A stretch of DNA of 64,000 bases from Pseudomonadota bacterium (GTDB lineage: Bacteria > Bdellovibrionota_G > JALEGL01 > DATDPG01), in assembly GCA_043809315.1 (NCBI GenBank), contig JAZDDX010000007.1, positions 71,076 through 135,075 of the forward strand. Direction: 5' to 3'. Position numbers and translations under genes: made by a program. Shown here in pieces: positions 18,583 through 28,440 of this stretch (position 1 is its first letter; every line of letters starts with the position of its first letter). Under the pieces are notes generated by a model. It did not search any database. It was not told the origin of the DNA and saw nothing but the letters and a program-made list of their open reading frames with translations.

Positions 18583-19628
18583 TGAGATTGAGGTTGGGCG
18601 TCCCGCTCCGTCGCGGCTTCCGTATAAAGGTTGCGCACGGGAGTCGCCAGGAACGGAGCAAAGGCCAGCCCGGCACCGGTCACGTAAATCATGTTGATCG
18701 CGTACATCACGAGGGAATAGGCAAGCCCGACCGATCGCGATACGCCGAAGAGGGAGAGCGAAGCCTGCATGAAGAGCTGATACGTTCCGACGAATCCCGG
18801 AGGCCCCGGGATCATGACGCCGATCGCGGAGATCCCGAGGATGCAGAACGGCGCTCCCCAGGGAAGGTCCAGACCGAATGCACGGAGGCCGAGCCAGTAG
18901 GCCACGATCATCACCCCCCAGACGCCGAGCGACTCGAACAGAATCCAAAGAAAACTCCAAAGGTTCGGGAGAGAGCGAAGTCCCTCGAAAAAATTCTCCA
19001 CGATCTCCCGGATTCGCCTGCGAAACCGCGCCGGGACAGCCCGCAAACAAAAATCGCACACGCGCAAGGCTCGATCGCGCTGGGTGATCGCCAGGAGCAG
19101 GAAGATAAGCGTCGGGACGAAGATTAAGAGCGCGGAGATCGCCAGCGCATGAACTCCGACGGGTAAGAACGACATCTCCCCCTGTCCTTTCGGGATCGAA
19201 ATCATCCCGACGAACAACAGGCCCACGGCGACTAGGCCGTCGAAGACCCGTTCGATCGCCACGCACGCCATCCCGGTCGACATCGACACCTGCTGGCGGC
19301 GTTTCAAGAGCAGAGGACGGGTGAACTCCCCGAGCCGGAACGGGAAGAGGTGGATCGAGAGAAAGCCGACGGCGTTGATCGCGAACAACTCCAGCAATCC
19401 TACGCGACGTAGGTGACGGAGGAGCACGCCCCAACGCCGCGCACGGAACCAATGGGTGGCAACCATCATCAGGAAGATGCCGAGGATCGGCGCGACCTTG
19501 AGCTGCGCCCAGCTTCCGAGAACCTCCCCCCAATTGATCCCGCGTAACGCCAACCATAAACAGACCGCTCCGAGTAGAAGACCGAGCCACAGCTTTATTC
19601 CGCGCACGGATGAACGGTAGGAAGTCAC
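18561..19628 (-). CDS. Lysylphosphatidylglycerol-synthase TM-domain (UPF0104, flippase-like) protein
   Basis: RARRW..LL, PFRLGEFTR, IERVFD, PGPPGFVGTY; multiple TM helices. Confidence 0.88.
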   Translation of the reverse strand: MTSYRSSVRGIKLWLGLLLGAVCLWLALRGINWGEVLGSWAQLKVAPILGIFLMMVATHWFRARRWGVLLRHLRRVGLLELFAINAVGFLSIHLFPFRLGEFTRPLLLKRRQQVSMSTGMACVAIERVFDGLVAVGLLFVGMISIPKGQGEMSFLPVGVHALAISALLIFVPTLIFLLLAITQRDRALRVCDFCLRAVPARFRRRIREIVENFFEGLRSLPNLWSFLWILFESLGVWGVMIVAYWLGLRAFGLDLPWGAPFCILGISAIGVMIPGPPGFVGTYQLFMQASLSLFGVSRSVGLAYSLVMYAINMIYVTGAGLAFAPFLATPVRNLYTEAATERDAQPQSQCEPPLV

Positions 19629-19676
19629 AAGGAGAGTGTCAAGGAGCCGCTTTCGAGGGTATCATCGGCTCCGGCG

Positions 19677-20495
19677 ATGGTCGTCATGTGTGAACGGTGC
19701 GCGTCCGCGTTCCGGGTCGATCCTTCGAAGATCGGACCGACGGGAGCGAACGTCCGTTGCGGTAAATGCGGGTATGTGTTCTTCACCTCTCCGGGCAAAT
19801 TAGACTCCGTTCCCTCGGCGGGTTCGCCTCCAGAGCCTACGGAACTCGAAGGATTGGTTTCGTCGGTCAGCGATCAGCTTTCCATGGTCCATGTGCCCTC
19901 CGATCCGGCGGAATCCGCCGAACCGGCGCCCGTTCCTCCTCCCCCGAAAGAAGCCGCACCCCGGGAGGAGAGAATTCCCCGCGCCCCGAGACTGCTCAAA
20001 GCCACCCCTCCGCCGCTGGCAAAGGCACCGACACCGCGGTCCCGGCCGTTCGTTGCACGATCGATCCCTCTGGCCGACCGAATCCGCCGCGGCACGGTCG
20101 TCACCGCACTGATTCTCCTCGGGATCCTGTTCGGGCTCTTCGCAATGGGGGTAAAACCGCTCTCGCGCGACCTACGCTTCCTTCTCCAATACGGGAAAAA
20201 AGCGGTGCCGCGGGAAGTGCAGATCCTGAGTTACCGCGGTCGGCTGCAGGAGACATCCGCGGTCGAGCGGGTTTTCTTCATCTCCGGCGAGATTCTGAAC
20301 AGTTCCGACGAACGTCGGTTGTCTCCCAAACTCCGCCTCGACCTCTTCGCCCCGAGCGGTGAGTTCCTGCAAAACAGTTCGTTTTCCTCCGGTTCCCAGC
20401 ACCTCCCTCCGGGATCGATCACCCCTTTCTCCGCGGAGATCGACGCGAGCCGGATTTCCGCGGTCGGTGCTTACCAGGTGTCCATTGAGAAGTGA
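19677..20495 (+). CDS. MJ0042-type zinc-ribbon, Pro-rich linker, TM, DUF3426-like periplasmic domain
   Basis: CERC..F......VRCGKCGYVF, one TM helix, C-terminal ISGEILN...LPPG...PF. Confidence 0.8.
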   Translation: MVVMCERCASAFRVDPSKIGPTGANVRCGKCGYVFFTSPGKLDSVPSAGSPPEPTELEGLVSSVSDQLSMVHVPSDPAESAEPAPVPPPPKEAAPREERIPRAPRLLKATPPPLAKAPTPRSRPFVARSIPLADRIRRGTVVTALILLGILFGLFAMGVKPLSRDLRFLLQYGKKAVPREVQILSYRGRLQETSAVERVFFISGEILNSSDERRLSPKLRLDLFAPSGEFLQNSSFSSGSQHLPPGSITPFSAEIDASRISAVGAYQVSIEK

Positions 20496-20499
20496 AGCC

Positions 20500-21258
20500 G
20501 TGAAGTCGGTCGTCTCGGAGGAAACGTTCCCTGCCGCCTGGTGCTCCGAGCTGATCTCTTCCGCGCGCGGCATCCCCGAACCGAAACAGCGGGTGGTAAA
20601 AATTCTGACGGTGCTGGCGGCCAAAGACGCCGAGTCGATCGCGACGTTTCTGCGGCACATCTCCGACCCGCAATGCCAGCGGAACCCATCCGTGAAGCGA
20701 ACTCACCTCGATCTCGTCCGCTGTCGAACGGAATTCTTCCGCCTCGGGTACGACCGCCTCGCCGAAGTCTATGCCGTGGCGATCGAGCGGACTTGGGAGG
20801 ATGTCGCGGCCCTTCTCCGCTCCAGCCCGGCCTTGCGATCGGTCGGAGAAACCCTCCCGGAAGGGTTCGCCAAACGCCTCGGCCGCCTTACGCTTGGACG
20901 GCGCAAACAACTGGGTCGCGACCCTCGTCGCAAGAACATCGAGCTCCTGGTCTTCGATGCCGACCCGGCGGTCATCCGCGAGCTTCTGAACAACCCGCGG
21001 ATCACGGAACGTGACGTCGTCCGGATCGCCGCACGGCACCAGGCCCCACCGGCGGTTCTGGACGAGGTCTGCCGCTCCGACCGATGGATCACCCAGTACA
21101 GCATCAAAAAGGCGCTGGTTTTCAATCCCAGAACCCCTGCCGCGTTCGCCGTCGGGTTGTTGAACCATCTGCGCGAGGAGGATCTAAGGCTGATCCTCTC
21201 GGGCGGGACCTCGAGACAGAATCTGATTGCCGCCGCCCGCAAGAGACTCGGGGAATAG
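20500..21258 (+). CDS. Conserved hypothetical helical-repeat (LRV/HEAT-like) protein
   Basis: LTLGRRK, D.DPAVIRELLNNPRITE.DV, YSIKKALVFNPRTP; GTG start at 20500. Confidence 0.65.
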   Translation: MKSVVSEETFPAAWCSELISSARGIPEPKQRVVKILTVLAAKDAESIATFLRHISDPQCQRNPSVKRTHLDLVRCRTEFFRLGYDRLAEVYAVAIERTWEDVAALLRSSPALRSVGETLPEGFAKRLGRLTLGRRKQLGRDPRRKNIELLVFDADPAVIRELLNNPRITERDVVRIAARHQAPPAVLDEVCRSDRWITQYSIKKALVFNPRTPAAFAVGLLNHLREEDLRLILSGGTSRQNLIAAARKRLGE

Positions 21259-21260
21259 GG

Positions 21261-22346
21261 ATGCTGGATTCGAAGGTAAAGCTGAAGGAGGTCCGGAGCG
21301 GGCGGGAGTTCCTCCTGCTGGTCGTGAAGATGAACCTCAAAGGGCTCCTCGTGCGATCTCCTCATCCGGTCGAGCCAAACGCCCCTCTCCTGCTTTCCTT
21401 GCAGCTGAGCGAGGACGCTCCGTCTGTGGAGCTCCGTGCCGAGGTACACAAGACCACGCCGTACCCTAACGGGAGCCACGGCGTAATCGTCCGATTCTTA
21501 AACCCGCCCAACTCGGCCCTCGCGAAGATCGCCCATTACATGGAGGAACATGAGATCGGCGCCGACGGCCGTCCGCTTCAGAAACCGACGCCGCCGTCGC
21601 GGGAACGAACGGCGATCAACGAGATTGCGAGCTACTCGAAACTGCTGGCGCGCGCGCCCGAACCGGACGGCGTGGCCGTCCCGACCCCCGTCGATGAGGA
21701 GGCGTTGCACGACGCCGATCCCGGATTGGCGGGGCGAACCCGCATCTTCGACGTCCCCAAGCGCGGCCGACGAAGACGGCCCCGGGGCCGACGAAATCCT
21801 TTCCGGGTCGGGGTGCAGTGGGCCGGATTGGCCGCGATTCTTCTGATTCTCGGGATGCTGTTTCTCCGCCCGCTGGTCCGTTATCTCGACGAGCGCTTCG
21901 GTCTGCGTCCGTCGGTCCTCCCCGAATCGTTCAGTATTCTCCCATCCCCGGAACCGGTCATCCCGACGCCCCCGACGCCGACACCAACCGCAACCCCGCC
22001 CCAGATGTCGCCGATACCAACGGTCGTGGTTCGGGCCGAGATCACTCGGTACGAAATCATCCGGTCGAAGAGTTTCGTCAAACTGGTCGTCCATGGCACG
22101 GGGGATCTCTCCCGCTTCACCGTATCCCGCGCCTCCAACCCGCGGCGCCTCCTCGTCGAGTTGAGCTCGGTGGGATCGTTTCGCGTACCCGACAGTGTTG
22201 CGGTGGGGAGAAGCCCTCTTCGCCGGATCCGGACCCGCTCGGCGGGGCCGGGAACGCAGATCATCCTCGACCTGTACCCGGTCGAATTCCCGAGATATCA
22301 GGTCCGTCCCCATCCCGGATCGCTCGACATCGTCCTGCAACGTTGA
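21261..22346 (+). CDS. Degenerate PilZ - TM - Pro/Thr linker - AMIN-like domain protein
   Basis: N-terminal PilZ-like barrel (GLLV...LRAEV...GVIVRF), one TM, PTPTPT linker, NPRRLLVEL...LRRIR...IILDL. Confidence 0.7.
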   Translation: MLDSKVKLKEVRSGREFLLLVVKMNLKGLLVRSPHPVEPNAPLLLSLQLSEDAPSVELRAEVHKTTPYPNGSHGVIVRFLNPPNSALAKIAHYMEEHEIGADGRPLQKPTPPSRERTAINEIASYSKLLARAPEPDGVAVPTPVDEEALHDADPGLAGRTRIFDVPKRGRRRRPRGRRNPFRVGVQWAGLAAILLILGMLFLRPLVRYLDERFGLRPSVLPESFSILPSPEPVIPTPPTPTPTATPPQMSPIPTVVVRAEITRYEIIRSKSFVKLVVHGTGDLSRFTVSRASNPRRLLVELSSVGSFRVPDSVAVGRSPLRRIRTRSAGPGTQIILDLYPVEFPRYQVRPHPGSLDIVLQR

Positions 22347-22414
22347 ATTGTATCCGGCGCAAAAAACGTTTACCCTCCGGGCGTAGGTTTCCTCTCTAAC
22401 CAAAGGAGAAAAGA

Positions 22415-22702
22415 ATGGCGGCTCGTAAGGGTAAACCGAAGAAAAAGGGCGCGAAGATGAACTCGTTCATGAAGCCGATCACCCCCGATGCAGCTCTGGC
22501 TGCGATCGTCGGGTCCAAGGCGATTCCGCGCACCCAAGTGACGAAAAAGACCTGGGCTTACATCAAGCGGAAGAAGCTGCAGGACAAGAAGAAGCGGATC
22601 ATGATCAACCCCGACGCCCTTCTCGGAAAAGTTTGCGGAGGAAAGAAGCAGGTTTCGATGTTTGAACTCACCAAGTGGGTGAGCCGACATCTGAAAGCGT
22701 AG
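22415..22702 (+). CDS. Stand-alone SWIB/MDM2 domain protein
   Basis: FMKP.TP...LAAIVG...PRTQVTKK.W.YIK...LQD, VSMFELTK; RBS aaggag; TTGTAT-N17-TACCCT at 22348-22376. Confidence 0.92.
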   Translation: MAARKGKPKKKGAKMNSFMKPITPDAALAAIVGSKAIPRTQVTKKTWAYIKRKKLQDKKKRIMINPDALLGKVCGGKKQVSMFELTKWVSRHLKA

Positions 22703-22746
22703 CCCCCGCCCGACGATACGTTGTCAGGTCGCAGGGAACGTGCCGG

Positions 22747-23280
22747 TCAGCGGTACGTTCCCGCGACCCTGGCATAAGCAAGCGAAGAAATCACCGTCAT
22801 CCCCGTCGAGACCCAAATCATCACGGGAAGGGCTTGATCTACCCGCGAGTGGAGGGGCGTTAAGATCGCGGCAAGGATCGTGAGATTCTGGAATACCGTC
22901 GCCAACTTCCCGGACAGAAGCGGACGGATTCGGATCTTGGTACCGAAAAAGAGCAGGACCGATACACCGATCACGAGACCGAGATCCCGGCCGATCGTAA
23001 CCAGGCAATACCAGATCGGGAGATAACCCTTCGCCGTCAACGTCACGAGGCACGTCGTGATCAGGGTCTTGTCGGCGGCCGGATCCAGCCATGCGCCGAC
23101 CGCGGTACGCCACCCGAATTCGCGCGCAAGATACCCGTCCAAGAGATCGGTGATCCCCGCCACGAACAGGAGCAGAAGCGCCCCGAGAACGCGATCCTGC
23201 CAGAGCAGATAGACCAGTGGAATCGCCAGCGCCAGACGGAGCAGAGTAAGCGACGTCGGTAGGTGCCGGGCCCACTTCAT
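22747..23280 (-). CDS. CDP-alcohol phosphatidyltransferase (PgsA-like)
   Basis: TDLLDGYLAR...GAWLDPAADK. Confidence 0.92.
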   Translation of the reverse strand: MKWARHLPTSLTLLRLALAIPLVYLLWQDRVLGALLLLFVAGITDLLDGYLAREFGWRTAVGAWLDPAADKTLITTCLVTLTAKGYLPIWYCLVTIGRDLGLVIGVSVLLFFGTKIRIRPLLSGKLATVFQNLTILAAILTPLHSRVDQALPVMIWVSTGMTVISSLAYARVAGTYR

Positions 23281-24323
23281 CGGATCTCCCCTGCGACTTC
23301 CGTTTCCGTCACCGCCGTGACCAGGATCCGACCCTCCGTGAGTGCAAGAAGCCCGAGCGCACGTCCCAGTTCCGCGGCCGACCCGTTGAAGACCACGGCG
23401 AACGTCGCCCGCGAGGGAGCGTAGGCTTTCTCGATCGCCGAAGAAAACCCTCCACGGCCGGAGTTCAGGTAGTCGCGTACCTCCGAATACTGGCGATACG
23501 ATTTCATCCCCGACAGGATGATGCGGTAGTCCCTCCCCTCCCCGATCGATCGGAAGTACGCCGGGAGGACGTTCTCGAGCAGCGCGCTCGCCATCAGCCC
23601 CGCCGCCTGATCTTCCCCTGATTCGAGAGAGAAGCTCCCTTGTGCGCGGGCTAACTCGGCCGGTGGTTTCACGCGATAGCCGCTCAGGCTCCCGGTTACC
23701 GTTTTTCCGCCCGCGAACGTGAGGGCTCCAGTGATCTCGATCTCATGACTTTCCGTTCCCGGAGATGCACTCTTCCGAGCCTCGGAACCGAGCTCGTCGA
23801 CGGTAAACCCTAAGCCTACAAGGCGCCGAGCGACTTTTCGGGTCCAATCGGACGACGGGACCCCCTTCCGGGAGCCGGGCGCCCGTTTCTCGAGGTTCTG
23901 TAGGCCGAGTCGCGGCCGGGTCGTCCGGTCGTAGAGAATCCCCCACCGTACAAGATCACTACGAAGTTTCTCCACACGGGGGACGGCGCTCACGCTCAAC
24001 TTCATCGCATCCCTGGACCTCTCCTCCTTCAGCACACGGAAATCCTGGATGTACGGTTTCGGGTCGACCGAGAGTCGGGCGAGGACGATGTCCTGATTCG
24101 CCGTCCAGAGTGCGGGCGGAATCAGGACTTGGGATTGGGTCATGCAGGCGGAGATCAGGGCTTTGTCAAGCGCCGCCTCCCGGGCCGTAGCGGCGTTCGC
24201 CTTCGCGATCGGCGAATCTCCGGAAGCCGTGATCGGCACCGGCGCATCATTCGTTTGCGCAGACACGACTCCGACGAAGAGCGCGCAGAGGATCCCGACG
24301 ACCGTCAACACCCGGGCCCGCAT
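23277..24323 (-). CDS. Secreted hypothetical protein (FlgT N-terminal-like)
   Basis: Signal peptide MRARVLTVVGILCALFVGVVSA; AREAALDKAL..A and YIQDFRVLKE; ATG 24323. Confidence 0.55.
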   Translation of the reverse strand: MRARVLTVVGILCALFVGVVSAQTNDAPVPITASGDSPIAKANAATAREAALDKALISACMTQSQVLIPPALWTANQDIVLARLSVDPKPYIQDFRVLKEERSRDAMKLSVSAVPRVEKLRSDLVRWGILYDRTTRPRLGLQNLEKRAPGSRKGVPSSDWTRKVARRLVGLGFTVDELGSEARKSASPGTESHEIEITGALTFAGGKTVTGSLSGYRVKPPAELARAQGSFSLESGEDQAAGLMASALLENVLPAYFRSIGEGRDYRIILSGMKSYRQYSEVRDYLNSGRGGFSSAIEKAYAPSRATFAVVFNGSAAELGRALGLLALTEGRILVTAVTETEVAGEIR

Positions 24324-24331
24324 CGATCGGC

Positions 24332-24778
24332 TCAGTTCGTGCCCCGTTTTCCGACCAACAGCGTGAATGTTCCCTCCTGGACGACCTCCTCGCGTTGGTT
24401 CAAGAGCTTCCGTTCGACCATCACGATCCCGCGGTCGGCGCCGGTCTCTTTCTTCCGTTTGACCTCGCTCACGCACGCGACGGTGTCACCGATGAAGATC
24501 GGTTTTGTGAATTTCCAGTCGAGCGACATGAACGCGAGAATCAGCCACGGCGTCTCGTTCGTCGGGAGCCCGCTCGAGATCGAAAGCCCGAGCAGCCCGT
24601 GCGCGATCCGCTTGCCGAAGATCCCTTTTTTGGCGAACTCCTCGTCCGTATGAAGGGGGTTGAAGTCGCCGCTCAACCCCGCGAAGGAAACGATGTCCGC
24701 CTCGGTCATCGTCCTCCGTTGCGACACCGACCGCCGACCGATTTCAAGATCTTCAAAACACAGGGTTTTTTGTTCCAT
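24332..24778 (-). CDS. MaoC-family dehydratase
   Basis: FEDL, TEADIVSFAGLSGDFNPLH, RIAHG, F.KP.FIGDT. Confidence 0.92.
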   Translation of the reverse strand: MEQKTLCFEDLEIGRRSVSQRRTMTEADIVSFAGLSGDFNPLHTDEEFAKKGIFGKRIAHGLLGLSISSGLPTNETPWLILAFMSLDWKFTKPIFIGDTVACVSEVKRKKETGADRGIVMVERKLLNQREEVVQEGTFTLLVGKRGTN

Positions 24779-24870
24779 AGATCCGGCTGGTTTACCCTGA
24801 ACCGACGCGGTGATCAATTGAGAAAGAGAGTCCTTACCGGTCGGGACCGTTTTGCGGTAAGAGCATCTCG

Positions 24871-27800
24871 ATGAGGGAGGGTAGGACTCAAACGAAACCT
24901 TCCGGCCAGCTCCGCGAACGCGCGCTTCTGGGCCTGGCCTGTGATCGCGCGCTGGCCAGCGGGAACCTTACCCAGGCCTACCGCCGGATCACCGAGACCG
25001 CTACCGGCATCCTCAAGGTCGCCCGTGCCGGGATTTGGATGCTCCAGGGGGACCGGAATCAGATCCTCCGATGCGCCGATCTCTTCGAGCTGAAACGGAA
25101 GCGCCACACGTCGGGAACCGAGCTTCGCGCGAAAGAGTATCCCGCGTACTTCAAGGCACTCAAGGAGCACCGGGCCATCGTTGCGAACGACGCTGTCCGA
25201 AATCCCGCGACCCGAGAGTTCAAGGCCGGGTATTTAGAGCCGCTCGGAATCACCTCGATGATGGACGCAGCCGTTCGAATCGGGGGAAAGACCGTGGGCG
25301 TCGTCTGCCACGAGCATGTGGGGCGGAAACGGCGCTGGACCGTCCAGGACCAAATGTTCGCCGCATCGATTGCGGACATGGTCTCTCTCACCCTCGACCG
25401 CTGGGAGCAACGCAAGGCAGAGGCTGCGCTCCGAAAGAGTGAATTGAAGGTTCGGGAACTGCTCGGCAACAAACTCCGCATCACCAACGAGAAATATCAG
25501 ACGCTGACCGACTCGCTTCCGGATACTCTCTTGGTCGCCTGCCCCGAAGGGACGATCCGCTACGCCAACGGGGCGGCGGAAACCTTGTTCGGCCTTCGTC
25601 CCAATGAGTTGATCTGGCGTTCGTTATCCGGACTCCTGCCGGGATCGGTGCTCGAACAAGTGAAGAAACACTGTCATTCAAGCCGGCGTTCGATCGCCCC
25701 GTTGGGCCTCGAAACGGATATCCTTCACGCGAGCGGACGGAGGATCCCGGTCGAACTCAAGGTCTGCCATTTCGGAAAAGGGACCAAAGCCCAGTGCATG
25801 TTCATCCTCCGCGACATCACCGAACGGCGGGCTCTCGAGAATCGCTGGAAGCTCTATCAGGCGATCTTCCGGCACTCTCTCGAAGGGATCACGATCACCG
25901 ATCCCGACGGACGGTACCGGGAACAGAACCCCGCTCATCGGGAACTGTACGGTTATTCGGACGAGGAGTTCCGAGGCAAGACCCCCGCACTCCTGATGGG
26001 GGAAATCGCCTTCACTGAGATCTCAGAACGACTCTCTCACGGGAAAAACTTCCGCGGTGAAATCACGACCTGGCGAAAGGGAGGGAAAAAGATCGAGGTC
26101 GATCTCTCCGCCTTCCCGGTGCAGGATGAATCGGGAAAGACGGCCTCGTTCATCGCGGTCAAGCGAGACATCTCGATACAGAAGCAGGCGGCCGAAGCCC
26201 TCAAGCTCTACCGCGAGATCTTCCGGAATTCGCAGGAGGCGATCGCAATCCTCGATCTGCGAGGACGTTATCTCGAGCAGAACGACTGCCACCGGCGCCT
26301 ATTCGGATACACGGATGATGAACTTGCGAGGCAGGTCCCGACCTCCATTCTCAAGTCGGGGTTCTATGCCTCGATGGCACAGGAACTGGCACGGCAAGGG
26401 CACTTTCATGGAGAGACTTCGGGGAATACGAAAGCGGGATCGAGAATCGAACTCGATCTGTCGGCCTTCACCGTCCGGGATACTGAGCGAGCGCCGGTCT
26501 GCTACGTAACCGTCACCCGCGACATCACGGAAAAAAATCGGATCCTAGAGACCGTCCGCCATTCCCGGGAACAATTCCAGGCGCTCTTCGAGCAGGTGGG
26601 GGTCGGGATCGCCCAGGTCGAACTCGACGGCCGGATGGTCCAGGTGAATCAGAAGTTATGCGACATTCTCGGCTACACGAGGGGGGAACTGACGGGCAAG
26701 TTCACCCAGGAATTAACCCATCCGGCCGATCTGGAGCGGACCCAAGCCAGCTTCCGCCAGCTCCAGGAAGCCGACAGTCACACGTTGCAGTTCGAAAAGC
26801 GGTTCATTCACAAGAACGGATCGGCAGTCTGGGTCCAGCTCGATGCGGTTCTGGCCCTCGACGGGGCGGGAAAACCGCGGAACGCGATCGGCGTCATCCA
26901 AGACATCACCGAGCGAAAGAAAGCGGAGGAGCAACTTCGTCTGATGGCGTCGATCACGTCGGCCTCCGCCGAAGGGATCGTCGTTCTCGACGAGGATCAA
27001 CGGATCGTGTTCTGGAACGAGGCGGCCGAGCGGATCCACGGCTACACCGCCGAGGAGGTCCTGGGAAAGAGCGCCCGGGAGCTTCTCGTTCCTCCGGACC
27101 GGGTGGAGGAGTCGCAGCGTTTCGCGATTTTGAAGCCGGACACTCCGGGGGAAACGATCGTCGGCTTCCGGACCGAGCGCCTTCATAAATCGGGCGAGAG
27201 GATTCCCGTGTCGATGACGACCTTCACGATCCGCGACGGAACGGGAGCGGGACGGCGGCGCGTGGTGATCTTCCAGGACATGAGCCGCGAGACGGAGATG
27301 CAGGCGCGTCTCATGGAGCAGTCGAACATGGCGGCGATCGGAGAGCTGGCCGCGAACATCGCGCACGAGATCCGGAACCCCCTTTTCGCGATCTCCTCGG
27401 TCGCCCAGGTCCTCGCTCGCGAGGCCCCCGCCCACGGCGAGACGCGCGAACTGGCCGATTCGATGTTGGAGGAGATCGTGCGGCTCAACCAGCTCCTGAA
27501 AGGGATCCTACTCTTCTCCAAGCCGGCGACGGTGAAACGCCGGGCCGTCAACCCGCGGAAGCTGTTCGGAGAACTCACGGAGTTCCATCAGGCCGACCTC
27601 GACGAGAAGCGGCTCCGCTTGGATTTCGCTTTCGATCCCCCGGAAAAGGCGGTCGCGGTCGACGAGGAACAGATGAAGCAGGTCGTCCGGAACCTGATCT
27701 TAAACGCGATCCAGGCCTCCCCCGAAGGAGACACGATCAAGGTCCGCAGTCTCATCGAAAAGGGGGGTTGGCGTTTCGAGATCCAGAACGGAGGGGAACC

Positions 27801-28008
27801 GATCGATCCCAAGACGATCGGATCGGTTTTCAAGCCGTTCTTCTCCACAAAAAAGGGGGGGGTCGGCTTGGGACTATCCATCTCCCGGAAGATCGTCGAG
27901 GCACACGGCGGGACGATCCGCTGCGCCAGCCGGCCGGCCGAGGGGACCACTTTCCGCGTCGAGATCCCGCCGGAAAGCGTCTTGACGGGGTCCGGCGATT
28001 ACGCTTAG
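24871..28008 (+). CDS. Cytoplasmic sensor histidine kinase: GAF, about 5 PAS, HisKA, HATPase
   Basis: GAF (YLEPLGITSMMDA..GVVCHEH), repeated PAS/PAC (RDIT/RDIS), AHEIRNPL, NLILNAIQA, PFFSTK, GLGL; no TM segment. Confidence 0.93.
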   Translation: MREGRTQTKPSGQLRERALLGLACDRALASGNLTQAYRRITETATGILKVARAGIWMLQGDRNQILRCADLFELKRKRHTSGTELRAKEYPAYFKALKEHRAIVANDAVRNPATREFKAGYLEPLGITSMMDAAVRIGGKTVGVVCHEHVGRKRRWTVQDQMFAASIADMVSLTLDRWEQRKAEAALRKSELKVRELLGNKLRITNEKYQTLTDSLPDTLLVACPEGTIRYANGAAETLFGLRPNELIWRSLSGLLPGSVLEQVKKHCHSSRRSIAPLGLETDILHASGRRIPVELKVCHFGKGTKAQCMFILRDITERRALENRWKLYQAIFRHSLEGITITDPDGRYREQNPAHRELYGYSDEEFRGKTPALLMGEIAFTEISERLSHGKNFRGEITTWRKGGKKIEVDLSAFPVQDESGKTASFIAVKRDISIQKQAAEALKLYREIFRNSQEAIAILDLRGRYLEQNDCHRRLFGYTDDELARQVPTSILKSGFYASMAQELARQGHFHGETSGNTKAGSRIELDLSAFTVRDTERAPVCYVTVTRDITEKNRILETVRHSREQFQALFEQVGVGIAQVELDGRMVQVNQKLCDILGYTRGELTGKFTQELTHPADLERTQASFRQLQEADSHTLQFEKRFIHKNGSAVWVQLDAVLALDGAGKPRNAIGVIQDITERKKAEEQLRLMASITSASAEGIVVLDEDQRIVFWNEAAERIHGYTAEEVLGKSARELLVPPDRVEESQRFAILKPDTPGETIVGFRTERLHKSGERIPVSMTTFTIRDGTGAGRRRVVIFQDMSRETEMQARLMEQSNMAAIGELAANIAHEIRNPLFAISSVAQVLAREAPAHGETRELADSMLEEIVRLNQLLKGILLFSKPATVKRRAVNPRKLFGELTEFHQADLDEKRLRLDFAFDPPEKAVAVDEEQMKQVVRNLILNAIQASPEGDTIKVRSLIEKGGWRFEIQNGGEPIDPKTIGSVFKPFFSTKKGGVGLGLSISRKIVEAHGGTIRCASRPAEGTTFRVEIPPESVLTGSGDYA

Positions 28009-28021
28009 CTCGGAGGAAACC

Positions 28022-28432
28022 ATGAGAACACCCAAGAAGATCCTGGTCGTGGACGACGAGAAAACCATCCTCTTGAGCCTTGCCTACGCCCTCAAGGGAG
28101 AGGGGGTCGACGTCATCACCTGCAACCGGGCGGAGTGGGCGGAAAAGGCGCTCGAGAATTACTTCTTCGACATCGTGATTACCGACCTCCGTCTCTCGAA
28201 AACCAGCGACATGGAAGGGATGCAGATCGTCGAACTCACGAAGAAACGGCACCCGAGCTCGAAGATCATCCTGATCACCGCCTACGGATCGGACGAGATC
28301 CGAAAGGAGGCGAAGACTCTGGGGGCCGACGAGTATTTTGACAAGCCGATGGATCTCGATTTACTGCTGAAAACGGTCGAGAAGCTCGGCGTTCCGATCA
28401 AGAAAAAGGGGAGCGCGGCTCCGACTCTGTAG
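28022..28432 (+). CDS. Single-domain response regulator
   Basis: ILVVDDE, ITD, ITAYG, DKP; RBS ggagg. Confidence 0.93.
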   Translation: MRTPKKILVVDDEKTILLSLAYALKGEGVDVITCNRAEWAEKALENYFFDIVITDLRLSKTSDMEGMQIVELTKKRHPSSKIILITAYGSDEIRKEAKTLGADEYFDKPMDLDLLLKTVEKLGVPIKKKGSAAPTL

Positions 28433-28440
28433 GCTGAAAG

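Noticed and set aside
18583-19590. N-terminal extension making 17251-19590 a 779-aa protein
   Set aside because: It overlaps the flippase-like gene on the same strand in another frame and is Arg/Pro-rich noise; ATG 18582 is the more plausible start.
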